From Crocosphaera subtropica ATCC 51142 (GTDB lineage: Bacteria; Cyanobacteriota; Cyanobacteriia; Cyanobacteriales; Microcystaceae): 32,000 nt of DNA. Positions within the stretch are counted from its first letter, which is position 1; each line of letters begins with the position of its first letter. Under the pieces are notes generated by a model that saw only the letters and a list, made by a program, of their open reading frames with translations, did no database searches and was not told the DNA's origin. Shown in pieces: positions 8,393 through 16,580 of the stretch. The translations under genes were made by a program, and so were the position numbers. Location: positions 3,330,001 to 3,362,000 of the forward strand of contig NC_010546.1 of assembly GCF_000017845.1 (NCBI RefSeq), read 5' to 3'.

Positions 8393-9865
8393 TTAAAGTT
8401 TCACCGTAACTGTCTTAATTTCTGTGTATTGTTGTAGGCCGTATTCTCCTAATTCCCGACCCATCCCAGACTGTTTAAAGCCACCAAAAGGCGCAGCAGC
8501 ATCGAAGACATCATAACAGTTGACCCAGACAGTACCGGCACGCAAGGCATTGGCGATCGCATGACCCTTACTAATATCCTGAGTCCACACAGCAGCCGCT
8601 AAGCCATACATAGTATCATTAGCCCGTTGGATCACTTCATCCATGTCTTTGAACTTGATAATACTCATCACTGGACCAAAAATCTCTTCTTGGGCAATTT
8701 TCATATCATCTTGCACATCAGCAAAGACAGTGGGTTCAATGAAGTAACCGCGATCGCCCACACGGCCACCACCACACAGTAGTTTTGCCCCTTCCCGTTG
8801 CCCTGACTCAATATACTCCATGACCTTATCAAATTGAGTCTTATCCACTTGGGGTCCTTGGGTGGTGTGATCATCAAAGGGATCACCGACAATGCGTTGT
8901 TTAGCCCGTTCAACACTTTTCGCCACAAACTCGTCATAACATTTCTCTTCTACAAATAGACGAGATCCAGCGCAACAACATTGACCCTGGTTAAAGAATA
9001 GACCAAAATGCGCCCCTTCGATAGCCTGATCCAGATTAGCATCGGCAAAAACAATATTTGGGCTTTTACCCCCTAATTCGAGGGTGACACGCTTTAAGTT
9101 GGTTTGGGCGGCCGCTTCCATGATTAAATGGCCCACTTCTGTCGATCCGGTAAAGGCCACTTTATCAATATCGTGATGACGGGCGATCGCTTGTCCTGCA
9201 GTGGGGCCGTATCCTGAGAGTAAGTTAACTACCCCTGGGGGAAACCCGGCTTCTATTATTAATTCTCCGACTCTGAAGGCGGATAAGGGGGTTTGTTCGG
9301 CGGTTTTCATGACCACGGTGTTTCCTGCGGCCAAAGCGGGGGCGAGTTTCCATGCTTGCATTAAAAGGGGAAAATTCCAAGGAATAATTTGCCCCACCAC
9401 GCCAACGGGTTCATGGCGAGTGTAACAGAAATAAGGGCCGTTGATCGGAATGGTTTTTCCTTGAATTTTGTCTGCCCATCCTGCATAGTAGCGATAACAG
9501 GCAATAACAAGCTGCAAATCTGCGTTTAAGGAGTCTTGATAAGGTTTTCCGTTATCTAACGTTTCCAGACGGGCTAATTCTTCGATGTTAGCTTCGATTA
9601 AATCAGCCAATTTATAGAGAAGTTGCCCCCGTTGACTAGCCGATAGGTTTGGCCAGTCTCCTTGGTTAAAGGCGTTTCTGGCAGCTTTGACGGCTTTGTC
9701 GACATCAGTTGCATCCGCTTCAGCGACATCACAGATGACTTCCCCTGTGGTTGGGTTAATGGTTTCAAAGCGTTTTCCTGAAGCACTTTCTATCCATTCA
9801 TTATTGATTAATAGTTGAGTTGGACCTATTTTAGCTTTGCTTTCTGGTCGTGTTGCTGTGACCAT
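8393..9865 (-). CDS. NAD(P)+-dependent aldehyde dehydrogenase (ALDH superfamily).
   Basis: 490 aa. Motifs present are the catalytic-Glu motif ELGGKSP, the catalytic-Cys motif [17 protein letters not shown] and PFGGFKQSG. Confidence 0.92.
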   Translation of the reverse strand: MVTATRPESKAKIGPTQLLINNEWIESASGKRFETINPTTGEVICDVAEADATDVDKAVKAARNAFNQGDWPNLSASQRGQLLYKLADLIEANIEELARLETLDNGKPYQDSLNADLQLVIACYRYYAGWADKIQGKTIPINGPYFCYTRHEPVGVVGQIIPWNFPLLMQAWKLAPALAAGNTVVMKTAEQTPLSAFRVGELIIEAGFPPGVVNLLSGYGPTAGQAIARHHDIDKVAFTGSTEVGHLIMEAAAQTNLKRVTLELGGKSPNIVFADANLDQAIEGAHFGLFFNQGQCCCAGSRLFVEEKCYDEFVAKSVERAKQRIVGDPFDDHTTQGPQVDKTQFDKVMEYIESGQREGAKLLCGGGRVGDRGYFIEPTVFADVQDDMKIAQEEIFGPVMSIIKFKDMDEVIQRANDTMYGLAAAVWTQDISKGHAIANALRAGTVWVNCYDVFDAAAPFGGFKQSGMGRELGEYGLQQYTEIKTVTVKL

Positions 9866-10216
9866 CTTAATAAGCCTCCGTTTTTTATCTCCGCTTTATC
9901 TTTAGAGTGAAACATTGTTATTGATTTAGATCCTGTTTTTTTCAAAAATTAATATTTCTTTTCCTTAAGATCATGAATTTCTGTCTTGTCAGAGTTGTTC
10001 TCTACCTCTAAATTGCTAGGTTCAACGACAAGAAAATAAGTATTTTAACCATTACTTAAGAAAGGGTTAAAAGATGTCATAAAAATGACCAAAATAAGAT
10101 ATATAGTAAATAGAAGAAATTGAGAAAAAATTTGAGAATGGGTGATAATTTATCGTTAAGCTTATCTCAATTATTCAATTTTTTACTATAAAGTCTAAAG
10201 ATTTTGGAGTTTAATA

Positions 10217-10549
10217 ATGTCAGGAGAATTTCTAGATTTTCTTAAGCATAAGTATGCTTATGTTGCTGTTGGTGAATTTAAACCCGGTCAATTTTGTGAA
10301 GCACAAAAACTTTACGAAAAAGCGGTTTCTACTTATAAACAAGGGTTTCAAGGGGCATTTTTATTACAAAAACCAGGAACAGATGAAGGAATAGCAGTTA
10401 TTATGTGGGAAAAACTAGAAGATATGGAGGCTAATCAAAGTGAAGTTTGCCAAAAAATTCTTGAAGAAATGACCCCTTTATTTGTTAAACCTCCGAAAAC
10501 AGATTTTTATGAAGTTTGTAGTGAGATTGATGGTTTTTCTGAAACATAA
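10217..10549 (+). CDS. Hypothetical protein; possibly a small dimeric alpha/beta-barrel (ABM-like) fold.
   Basis: 110-aa ORF with GGAG 8 nt upstream of the ATG. The fold assignment is only an impression from the spacing of hydrophobic residues. Confidence 0.5.
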   Translation: MSGEFLDFLKHKYAYVAVGEFKPGQFCEAQKLYEKAVSTYKQGFQGAFLLQKPGTDEGIAVIMWEKLEDMEANQSEVCQKILEEMTPLFVKPPKTDFYEVCSEIDGFSET

Positions 10550-10598
10550 TTGTAGAATTATATCCTGATAAGTTTCTAGGGTTATCTTGACGCAACCC

Positions 10599-11138
10599 TT
10601 AATGATAGACTTCTAGATTCAGGATATAATTACCTAGTTGAACTTTTCCTGACCATAACTCGTATTCAATTCTTAGATATTCTGGCAATATATCTCCATC
10701 TAGCTGTAAGCGACGGGTGTAATTACGAAGACGAAAGACATTAGCAATGTCTCCACTATTATCGTTTAACCAGTAACGGCTTAATCCGTAAATTCCTGGC
10801 TCCCAAAAATGACGATAGCAGAACTTACCATTGCCTTGCAAGCTCATAATCACCCTTGCCGGAGAAATTTCCAGCCACAACATATGTCTAGCCGTTTCGA
10901 CAACTGAGGTGACTTCCTCTTGATTCACTGACTGGGGAGTGTCTGGTTGATTGAGTAACAAATCAAACCGAAAACGATCCTTTTGATAGAGAGTCCCAGA
11001 GGTTTCTAGGGTAGAGTCAACGGCTAAGTCCGTAGACATTAAAGATAATGATACAGGACGATGATGATTGATAGACATGAGGAGTTCCGTTGTGAGGAGC
11101 ATACTTATACGATAAAGCCCTAAGGTGAAAATTAACAA
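10599..11138 (-). CDS. Conserved hypothetical protein.
   Basis: The track ORF is 179 aa and opens at TTG 11138. In-frame ATGs at 11102 and 11078 (MSINHHRP...) are more likely starts. I am confident of no domain. Confidence 0.5.
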   Translation of the reverse strand: MLIFTLGLYRISMLLTTELLMSINHHRPVSLSLMSTDLAVDSTLETSGTLYQKDRFRFDLLLNQPDTPQSVNQEEVTSVVETARHMLWLEISPARVIMSLQGNGKFCYRHFWEPGIYGLSRYWLNDNSGDIANVFRLRNYTRRLQLDGDILPEYLRIEYELWSGKVQLGNYILNLEVYH

Positions 11139-11359
11139 CGCCTTTGTTAATGATTTTTGGTGCGACTTCTGCCAACAAATCTTAATGATTCATTGGATAA
11201 GATATTATTAGCTCCACTTTAGTCGTAGTGAATATTATGTTACCTTGAGGGGGTGTTAATGGGGAGAGGCTATTTATGGTTGTAGACTAGATAAACCCTA
11301 TGAAACAAGAATCCTAGCCCTTAGAGTTATGGGAGTGTCAAGAAAAGTAAAGCAGGGGC

Positions 11360-11389
11360 TTGCCAAATCATCAAGGTTGTTGCTACTAT
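11360..11389 (+). promoter_or_regulatory. Candidate sigma70-type promoter for tRNA-Asn.
   Basis: TTGCCA (11360..11365), an 18-nt spacer, then TACTAT (11384..11389). The -10 element ends 18 nt before the mature tRNA 5' end. Confidence 0.35.
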
Positions 11390-11407
11390 TAATAATTGTG
11401 TGAGCAA

Positions 11408-11479
11408 TCCTCAGTAGCTCAGCGGTAGAGCGGTCGGCTGTTAACCGATTGGTCGTAGGTTCGAATCCTACCTGGGGAG
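11408..11479 (+). tRNA. tRNA-Asn (anticodon GTT).
   Basis: I folded the cloverleaf by hand. Acceptor stem: TCCTCAG/CTGGGGA. D arm: GCTC-AGCGGTA-GAGC. Anticodon arm: GTCGG-CTGTTAA-CCGAT. T arm: GTAGG-TTCGAAT-CCTAC. Discriminator: G. No CCA is encoded. Confidence 0.93.
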
Positions 11480-11776
11480 TTTAATTGGACAGTGGCACAC
11501 TATTGGTCATCAGTGACAGCTTCGTGTCCTCGAAACAATTGAATAGAATTAGACCTTTCAATGGGGTTGATTCTGTTGACTTATTCTTGACTAAAATTTT
11601 AGTAGCGGAAATATGAGGTTACTTAACAGAACGATTCTTTTTAGTCAACCTGAGTTCGGAATAAGAAAATTGACTAGATAAGTGACTATGTATTCTTCCT
11701 GAAATTCTATCCTCCTGCCTTCTGTTGTGTCATCCCTAACAAATTCCTTAAACCGAACTGACGACATTAAATAATG

Positions 11777-12715
11777 TTATTTAGCATGATTTCGATACCA
11801 ATCAATGGTATTTTTCAACCCTTGTTTAAAATCCATTGTAGCCACAAAACCAAACTTGTCCTCAGCCCGTTTAGTATCTAAACAACGACGAGGTTGACCA
11901 TTGGGTTTATCGGTTTGCCAAACAATTTCTCCATCAAACTCCATTAATTCACAAATTAACTCAGCTAAATATTTAATAGAAACTTCAGCATTGGTTCCTA
12001 AATTTACAGGGTCAGGCTCATTGTACAATTGAGTAGCCATAACAATACCTCTTGCTGCATCCGTAGAGTACAAAAACTCTCTAGTGGGAGAACCATCTCC
12101 CCAGACAAAAAGCTCTTTTTTCCCTTCTTTTTGAGCTTCATAAACCTTACGAATCAAAGCAGGAATAACATGGGAACTATTGGGATTAAAATTATCTTCT
12201 GGTCCATATAAATTAACTGGCAGTAAATAAATGCCATTAAAACCATATTGTTGACGATAGGATTGTAATTGAACGAGTAAAGCCTTTTTAGCGATACCAT
12301 AGGGAGCATTGGTTTCTTCAGGGTAACCATTCCAGAGATCATCTTCTTGAAAAGGAACTGGGGTAAATTTAGGATAGGCGCAAATAGTTCCGACACAAGA
12401 AAACTTTTCTACACCTGTTTCATAAGCAGCATGAATTAGCTGTGCGCCCATCATCAAGTTATCGTAAAACAATTCGGCTGGTTTTTCCTGATTTAAGCCA
12501 ATCCCTCCCACATGGGCAGCCAAATGGATGACAATATCCTGTTGTTCTACTGCCCGTTGACAATGGTCGAGTTTTCGCAGATCGCAGTCACGAGATCGAG
12601 GAATGGTAATTTTTTCAGGTTGTGCGCCTGCAGATACCAACTCTTTAACCACTTGTTTGCCAAGAAAACCGGCCCCACCAGTTACCAAAATTTTTTTATT
12701 AGTTAAATCTAGCAT
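11777..12715 (-). CDS. fcl: GDP-L-fucose synthase (GDP-4-keto-6-deoxy-D-mannose 3,5-epimerase/4-reductase).
   Basis: 312-aa SDR with VTGGAGFLG, AAHVGGIGLN and the catalytic segment TNAPYGIAKK. It sits directly downstream of gmd. Confidence 0.85.
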   Translation of the reverse strand: MLDLTNKKILVTGGAGFLGKQVVKELVSAGAQPEKITIPRSRDCDLRKLDHCQRAVEQQDIVIHLAAHVGGIGLNQEKPAELFYDNLMMGAQLIHAAYETGVEKFSCVGTICAYPKFTPVPFQEDDLWNGYPEETNAPYGIAKKALLVQLQSYRQQYGFNGIYLLPVNLYGPEDNFNPNSSHVIPALIRKVYEAQKEGKKELFVWGDGSPTREFLYSTDAARGIVMATQLYNEPDPVNLGTNAEVSIKYLAELICELMEFDGEIVWQTDKPNGQPRRCLDTKRAEDKFGFVATMDFKQGLKNTIDWYRNHAK

Positions 12716-12818
12716 TGTCTTAATACTCCCTTAATCCCTGAAGTCGATGAACAGTTGCTTATAATTAGTTGCTGAGTATAAACTTAGCCCCTAATTATTA
12801 AACAACTGATTGCCGAAA

Positions 12819-13907
12819 TTAGTCCACCATGACACTCATGGGTTGACGCACATAAGCATTATCCTTGAAGAGTAACACTTTGTCATTAGAGGTTTCATTA
12901 GGAGAAGAGAGTCCTAAAGCAACAAGATCCGCTTCTACCATAAGATGGACTAACTGCTCAAAGGTAACAGAGGGTTCCCATCCTAGTTTGGTTTTCGCTT
13001 TGCTGGGATCGCCAATTAATAAATCCACTTCTGCCGGCCGTAGATAACGCTTATCAAAGTCTACATAATCTTCCCAGTTTAAGTTAACGTATTTAAAAGC
13101 AATTTTCAGGAATTCTTTTACAGAATGAGTTTCTCCAGTAGCGACGACATAATCATCCGCTTGCTCTTGTTGTAGCATTAACCACATGGCTCTGACGTAG
13201 TCTTTAGCATAACCCCAGTCTCGTTTTGAGTCGAGGTTCCCTAAATATAGTTTTTTCTGGGTTCCGGCGACAATACGAGCGATCGCTCTGGTGATTTTTC
13301 GAGTAACAAAGGTTTCCCCACGACGGGGGGATTCATGGTTAAATAAAATCCCGTTACAGGCGAATAAATTATAGGATTCACGATAATTAAGGGTTTGCCA
13401 ATGGGCGTACACCTTAGCACAAGCGTAGGGACTACGGGGGTAAAAGGGAGTGGTTTCTTTTTGGGGAATATCTTGGACTTTACCAAACATTTCTGACGAT
13501 CCGGCTTGATAGAAACGCACTTCAATCCCTGTCCGTTGTTGATAATCTCGGATCGCTTCTAACAGTCGCAGAGTTCCCATTCCCACAGAATCTACGGTAT
13601 ATTCTGGGGAGTCAAAACTCACCCGAACATGAGATTGGGCCCCTAAATTATAAATTTCAAAAGGTTGCACTTCTTCTAAAATCCGTCTTAGGGTTGTACC
13701 GTCTGTTAAGTCTCCGTAGTGTAGAAATAACTTAGCATCGGTTTGATGAGGGTCAACATACATATGATCAATACGATCAGTGTTGAATGTTGAGGTTCGA
13801 CGGATAATACCATGAACTTCATAACCTTTCTCTAATAACAACTCACTTAAATAAGAACCGTCTTGGCCAGTAATTCCAGTGATGAGGGCGCGTTTTGTTT
13901 GGGTCAT
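12819..13907 (-). CDS. gmd: GDP-mannose 4,6-dehydratase.
   Basis: 362 aa with [40 protein letters not shown] and NHESPRRG. Confidence 0.93.
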   Translation of the reverse strand: MTQTKRALITGITGQDGSYLSELLLEKGYEVHGIIRRTSTFNTDRIDHMYVDPHQTDAKLFLHYGDLTDGTTLRRILEEVQPFEIYNLGAQSHVRVSFDSPEYTVDSVGMGTLRLLEAIRDYQQRTGIEVRFYQAGSSEMFGKVQDIPQKETTPFYPRSPYACAKVYAHWQTLNYRESYNLFACNGILFNHESPRRGETFVTRKITRAIARIVAGTQKKLYLGNLDSKRDWGYAKDYVRAMWLMLQQEQADDYVVATGETHSVKEFLKIAFKYVNLNWEDYVDFDKRYLRPAEVDLLIGDPSKAKTKLGWEPSVTFEQLVHLMVEADLVALGLSSPNETSNDKVLLFKDNAYVRQPMSVMVD

Positions 13908-14132
13908 CAGTTAGTTATCCTATTTTTAGAAAATTAATTAAGTTTTGTGATCAGCTTGAGTCTTAATAACATACTTTACTTCACAATGACAAGCTCTGCC
14001 CACATTCGGTCGATCACAAAGCTCCTAGTTAGGATTGTGGGGGAGATTCGCAGACCGAAGCATGGGAGAAACAAAACAACATTTTAAATTCCTACAAAGA
14101 CTTTATTTCCTCTACAAAAATAGAAATTATCT

Positions 14133-14158
14133 CCCCTACTCCCTGCCCCCCTGCTCCC
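14133..14158 (-). repeat. G-tract repeat (C-rich on the plus strand) with G-quadruplex spacing.
   Basis: The plus strand reads CCCC-TACT-CCC-TG-CCCCCC-TGCT-CCC. This gives four G-tracts of 3 or more on the minus strand, with loops of 7 nt or less. Confidence 0.7.
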
Positions 14159-14185
14159 GTACTTGCCACATTCCTACGCTCTCAC

Positions 14186-14221
14186 AAAAAAGTAAAGCTT
14201 TCCCTATGGTAGAGAAAGCTT
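14186..14221 (-). terminator. Rho-independent terminator after the sugar transferase gene.
   Basis: On the minus strand, AAGCTTTC pairs with GAAAGCTT (perfect 8 bp, 11-nt loop) and is followed by TACTTTTTTG. It lies about 35 nt after the stop at 14257. Confidence 0.65.
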
Positions 14222-14256
14222 ATTAGTGAGGCTATAAACTAATTTTAGTGTAATGC

Positions 14257-14991
14257 TTAATAAGCACCATTATTTTTGGGAAAAAGGATCACTCCAATGG
14301 TTTTGAAAATGATCCAGATGTCCATCAACCAATTCCGATAATTGACGTAGTAAACATCAATTTGAACTCTTTGAGGATAGGGAATGTCGTTTCGTCCTGA
14401 AACTTGCCATAGTCCTGTAATTCCAGGGCGAATAGTCAGAACTTTTTCAATTTTGCTACCATATTTACACAATTCTTCAGGAACCAAGGGTCTAGGACCA
14501 ACGACACTCATATCTCCTTTAAGGACATTCCAAAATTGGGGAAATTCATCTAGACTGGTCAAACGAAGAAATTTACCAATCCAAGTGATGCGGGGATCTT
14601 CTCTGAGTTTAAAGTTATCTTCAAACTCAGCCCGCATTTCTGGGCAGTTGGCCATCATGGTTTCTAAAACCTGATCCGCATTCTGCACCATGGTTCGGAA
14701 TTTGATACATTTAAACTTTTTGAAGTTTTTTCCCGCCCTCTCTTGACAATAGAAAATTGGACCTGGGGAACTGATAGCGATTAATAACCCCAGTAGGAGA
14801 TAAAGCGGGGAAAAAATAATCAGCACCGATAGGGAAAAGACGATATCAAAAGTTCTCTTAACAACTTGATCGTTGACTATCCCTTGGGAACGAGGTTGCT
14901 GATAAATTCTTTGGGAAACTGAGGTAGGTAAACCTCTCCTCGTCAAAGCTTGTATCGCCTTGACAGCAAGAAATTGGCTATTAGCAGTCAT
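14257..14991 (-). CDS. Small monotopic polyprenyl-phosphate sugar phosphotransferase (bacterial sugar transferase family, PglC/WbaP C-terminal type).
   Basis: 244 aa. Features are a re-entrant helix FDIVFSLSVLIIFSPLYLLLGLLIAISS, then KFRTM and LDEFPQFWNVLKGDMSVVGPRP. Confidence 0.88.
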   Translation of the reverse strand: MTANSQFLAVKAIQALTRRGLPTSVSQRIYQQPRSQGIVNDQVVKRTFDIVFSLSVLIIFSPLYLLLGLLIAISSPGPIFYCQERAGKNFKKFKCIKFRTMVQNADQVLETMMANCPEMRAEFEDNFKLREDPRITWIGKFLRLTSLDEFPQFWNVLKGDMSVVGPRPLVPEELCKYGSKIEKVLTIRPGITGLWQVSGRNDIPYPQRVQIDVYYVNYRNWLMDIWIIFKTIGVILFPKNNGAY

Positions 14992-15088
14992 CTTACTCCT
15001 TCACATCACATCACACCACACTAATTGTGATCTTCAAGCCCGATGAAACAAATCATAGCAATTAGAGATCACATTAATCGAAAATTGG

Positions 15089-16240
15089 TTATCGAACTTT
15101 TTGAGAAAAGTCCTGATAACACTGTTCTAAGAAAGTCAAATAAGACGTTTCAAAGACTTTGGGAGTAAATTTTGCCGCTTGGTGACGGCAACTCTCTGAG
15201 TTAATTTGATGCTGAAACTGAGAGAAAGTTTCAACAGCCTCGATGAGAGCTTCATGGGTTTGAGGGAAAAAGAAAATTCCCGTCCCTTTATCTACATTGT
15301 GACGAATATCAATTACCGTTTCTAACGCACCACCACCTCCATATGCAATAACTGGGGTTCCACAGGCTTGGGCTTCTACCAGGGCAATACCAAAGTCTTC
15401 ACAGGCAGCATAGACAAATGCTTTGGCTTGAGTCATATATTGCTCCACCACTTGATCGGTTTGCGCTCCTAGGACTTTGATATTTGCTTGAGCCATTTGG
15501 CGAATTTTCGGCAGATCAGGCCCATCACCAATAATAATTAAAGGATAACCTAATTGATTAAAAGCTCGCACAATTAAGGCAATTTTTTTATAACTGACTA
15601 ATCGAGAAACGGTGAGGTAAAAGTCTTGTTTCTTAGAGCTAAAGGCAAATCTATCGAGATTCACAGGGGGATAGATGACTTTGGCCTGACGACGGTAACA
15701 ACGCCAAATGCGACGAGCCGTGTGGTGGGAGTTAGCGATAAAATAATCTACGCGATTGGCCGAAATCACATCCCATTGTCTGAGACGATGCAACAAGTAA
15801 CGGGTTAAAATTCCAGGTATCCCTTTTCCTGCCGAAGAATGATTAAGATAATCAAAGGTTAAGTCCCACGCATAGCGCATGGGGGTATGACAGTAACAAA
15901 GATGGAGTTGCTGAGGGCTGGTTAATACTCCTTTAGCCACCGCATGGGAAGAAGAGAGAATAACATCATACTCTCGTAAATCCAACTGTTCGATGGCTAA
16001 GGGGAGAAAAGGCAAATATTTTTGCACACCATTTCGGGCTAAGGGAAAATTTTGTAAGAAGGTATGACCAATAGAACGACCATAGAGATAACTGTTAGGG
16101 TTGCTGGACTCAAAGTCAATCAGAGCATATACATCGGCTTCAATATGCTTGAGAATCTCTTGGACGACTAATTCTGAGCCTCCTGTAGCTTTGGGGGTTA
16201 ACCACTCATGGACTAGGGCATATTTCATAGCATTGTTCAT
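15089..16240 (-). CDS. Glycosyltransferase, GT-B fold (GT4 / group 1).
   Basis: 383 aa with an E-x7-E region EDFGIALVEAQACGTPVIA and N-terminal HEWLTPKATGGSE. Confidence 0.85.
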   Translation of the reverse strand: MNNAMKYALVHEWLTPKATGGSELVVQEILKHIEADVYALIDFESSNPNSYLYGRSIGHTFLQNFPLARNGVQKYLPFLPLAIEQLDLREYDVILSSSHAVAKGVLTSPQQLHLCYCHTPMRYAWDLTFDYLNHSSAGKGIPGILTRYLLHRLRQWDVISANRVDYFIANSHHTARRIWRCYRRQAKVIYPPVNLDRFAFSSKKQDFYLTVSRLVSYKKIALIVRAFNQLGYPLIIIGDGPDLPKIRQMAQANIKVLGAQTDQVVEQYMTQAKAFVYAACEDFGIALVEAQACGTPVIAYGGGGALETVIDIRHNVDKGTGIFFFPQTHEALIEAVETFSQFQHQINSESCRHQAAKFTPKVFETSYLTFLEQCYQDFSQKVR

Positions 16241-16404
16241 TGACCTAGAATTTTCTGGATTTGAATTTTTCCTGTTCTATCCATAGACAAATTGCTCTCA
16301 TACACAACTATTGATTTCCTTATGGGTTTTACCTTATTAGTTTTATCACGATTATTCCTAAGTTTCTAATTGATTAGCAAAAAAAATTCGTTACTTATTT
16401 ATTG

Positions 16405-16440
16405 TTAATGAATCATGAATAATAAATAATTATTCATTAA
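16405..16440. promoter_or_regulatory. Nested AT-rich palindromes in the divergent GT4 / GH13-like intergenic region.
   Basis: ATGAATAAT (16415..16423) pairs with ATTATTCAT (16429..16437), and TTAATGAAT (16405..16413) pairs with ATTCATTAA (16432..16440). Both are perfect 9-bp arms. Confidence 0.3.
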
Positions 16441-16580
16441 TAAAATTTGTTTGTAGATGAGTAGTATGACTCGTCAAATCTATCCTTGCTCCTAGCCTTT
16501 CTTTTAGGGGTGTCCCTTCCATCCTAGAGAGATAAAGTTTATAATTTATCGGAAATCGAAAAACCCGATTATAGACACAG

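Noticed and set aside
11078-11100. The CTCCTCACAAC / ACTCCTCATG strings on the minus strand resemble the cyanobacterial Yfr1 sRNA core ACUCCUCACAC.
   Set aside because: The match is not exact, there are no flanking stem-loops, and the strings lie at the candidate start codons of a protein-coding ORF.
11647-11660. The 14-mer AACCTGAGTTCGGA is shared with the complement of 22829..22842, where CCGAACT is also tandemly duplicated.
   Set aside because: A handful of 14-mer matches is expected by chance in 32 kb when both strands are considered. The flanks do not align convincingly, so I do not call a dispersed element.
11480-11776. An integrated element or attachment site next to tRNA-Asn. A 10-bp inverted repeat is present here, TTGACTAAAA at 11587..11596 and TTTTAGTCAA at 11639..11648.
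   Set aside because: There is no integrase, no duplicated tRNA 3' segment, and the gap is only about 300 bp. The inverted repeat is probably just a transcript-end structure.
14035-14226. 63-aa plus-strand ORF in the gmd / sugar-transferase intergenic region.
   Set aside because: It runs across the C-rich repeat and the terminator hairpin. Its proline/serine/leucine-rich translation is repeat-derived, and there is no ribosome binding site.
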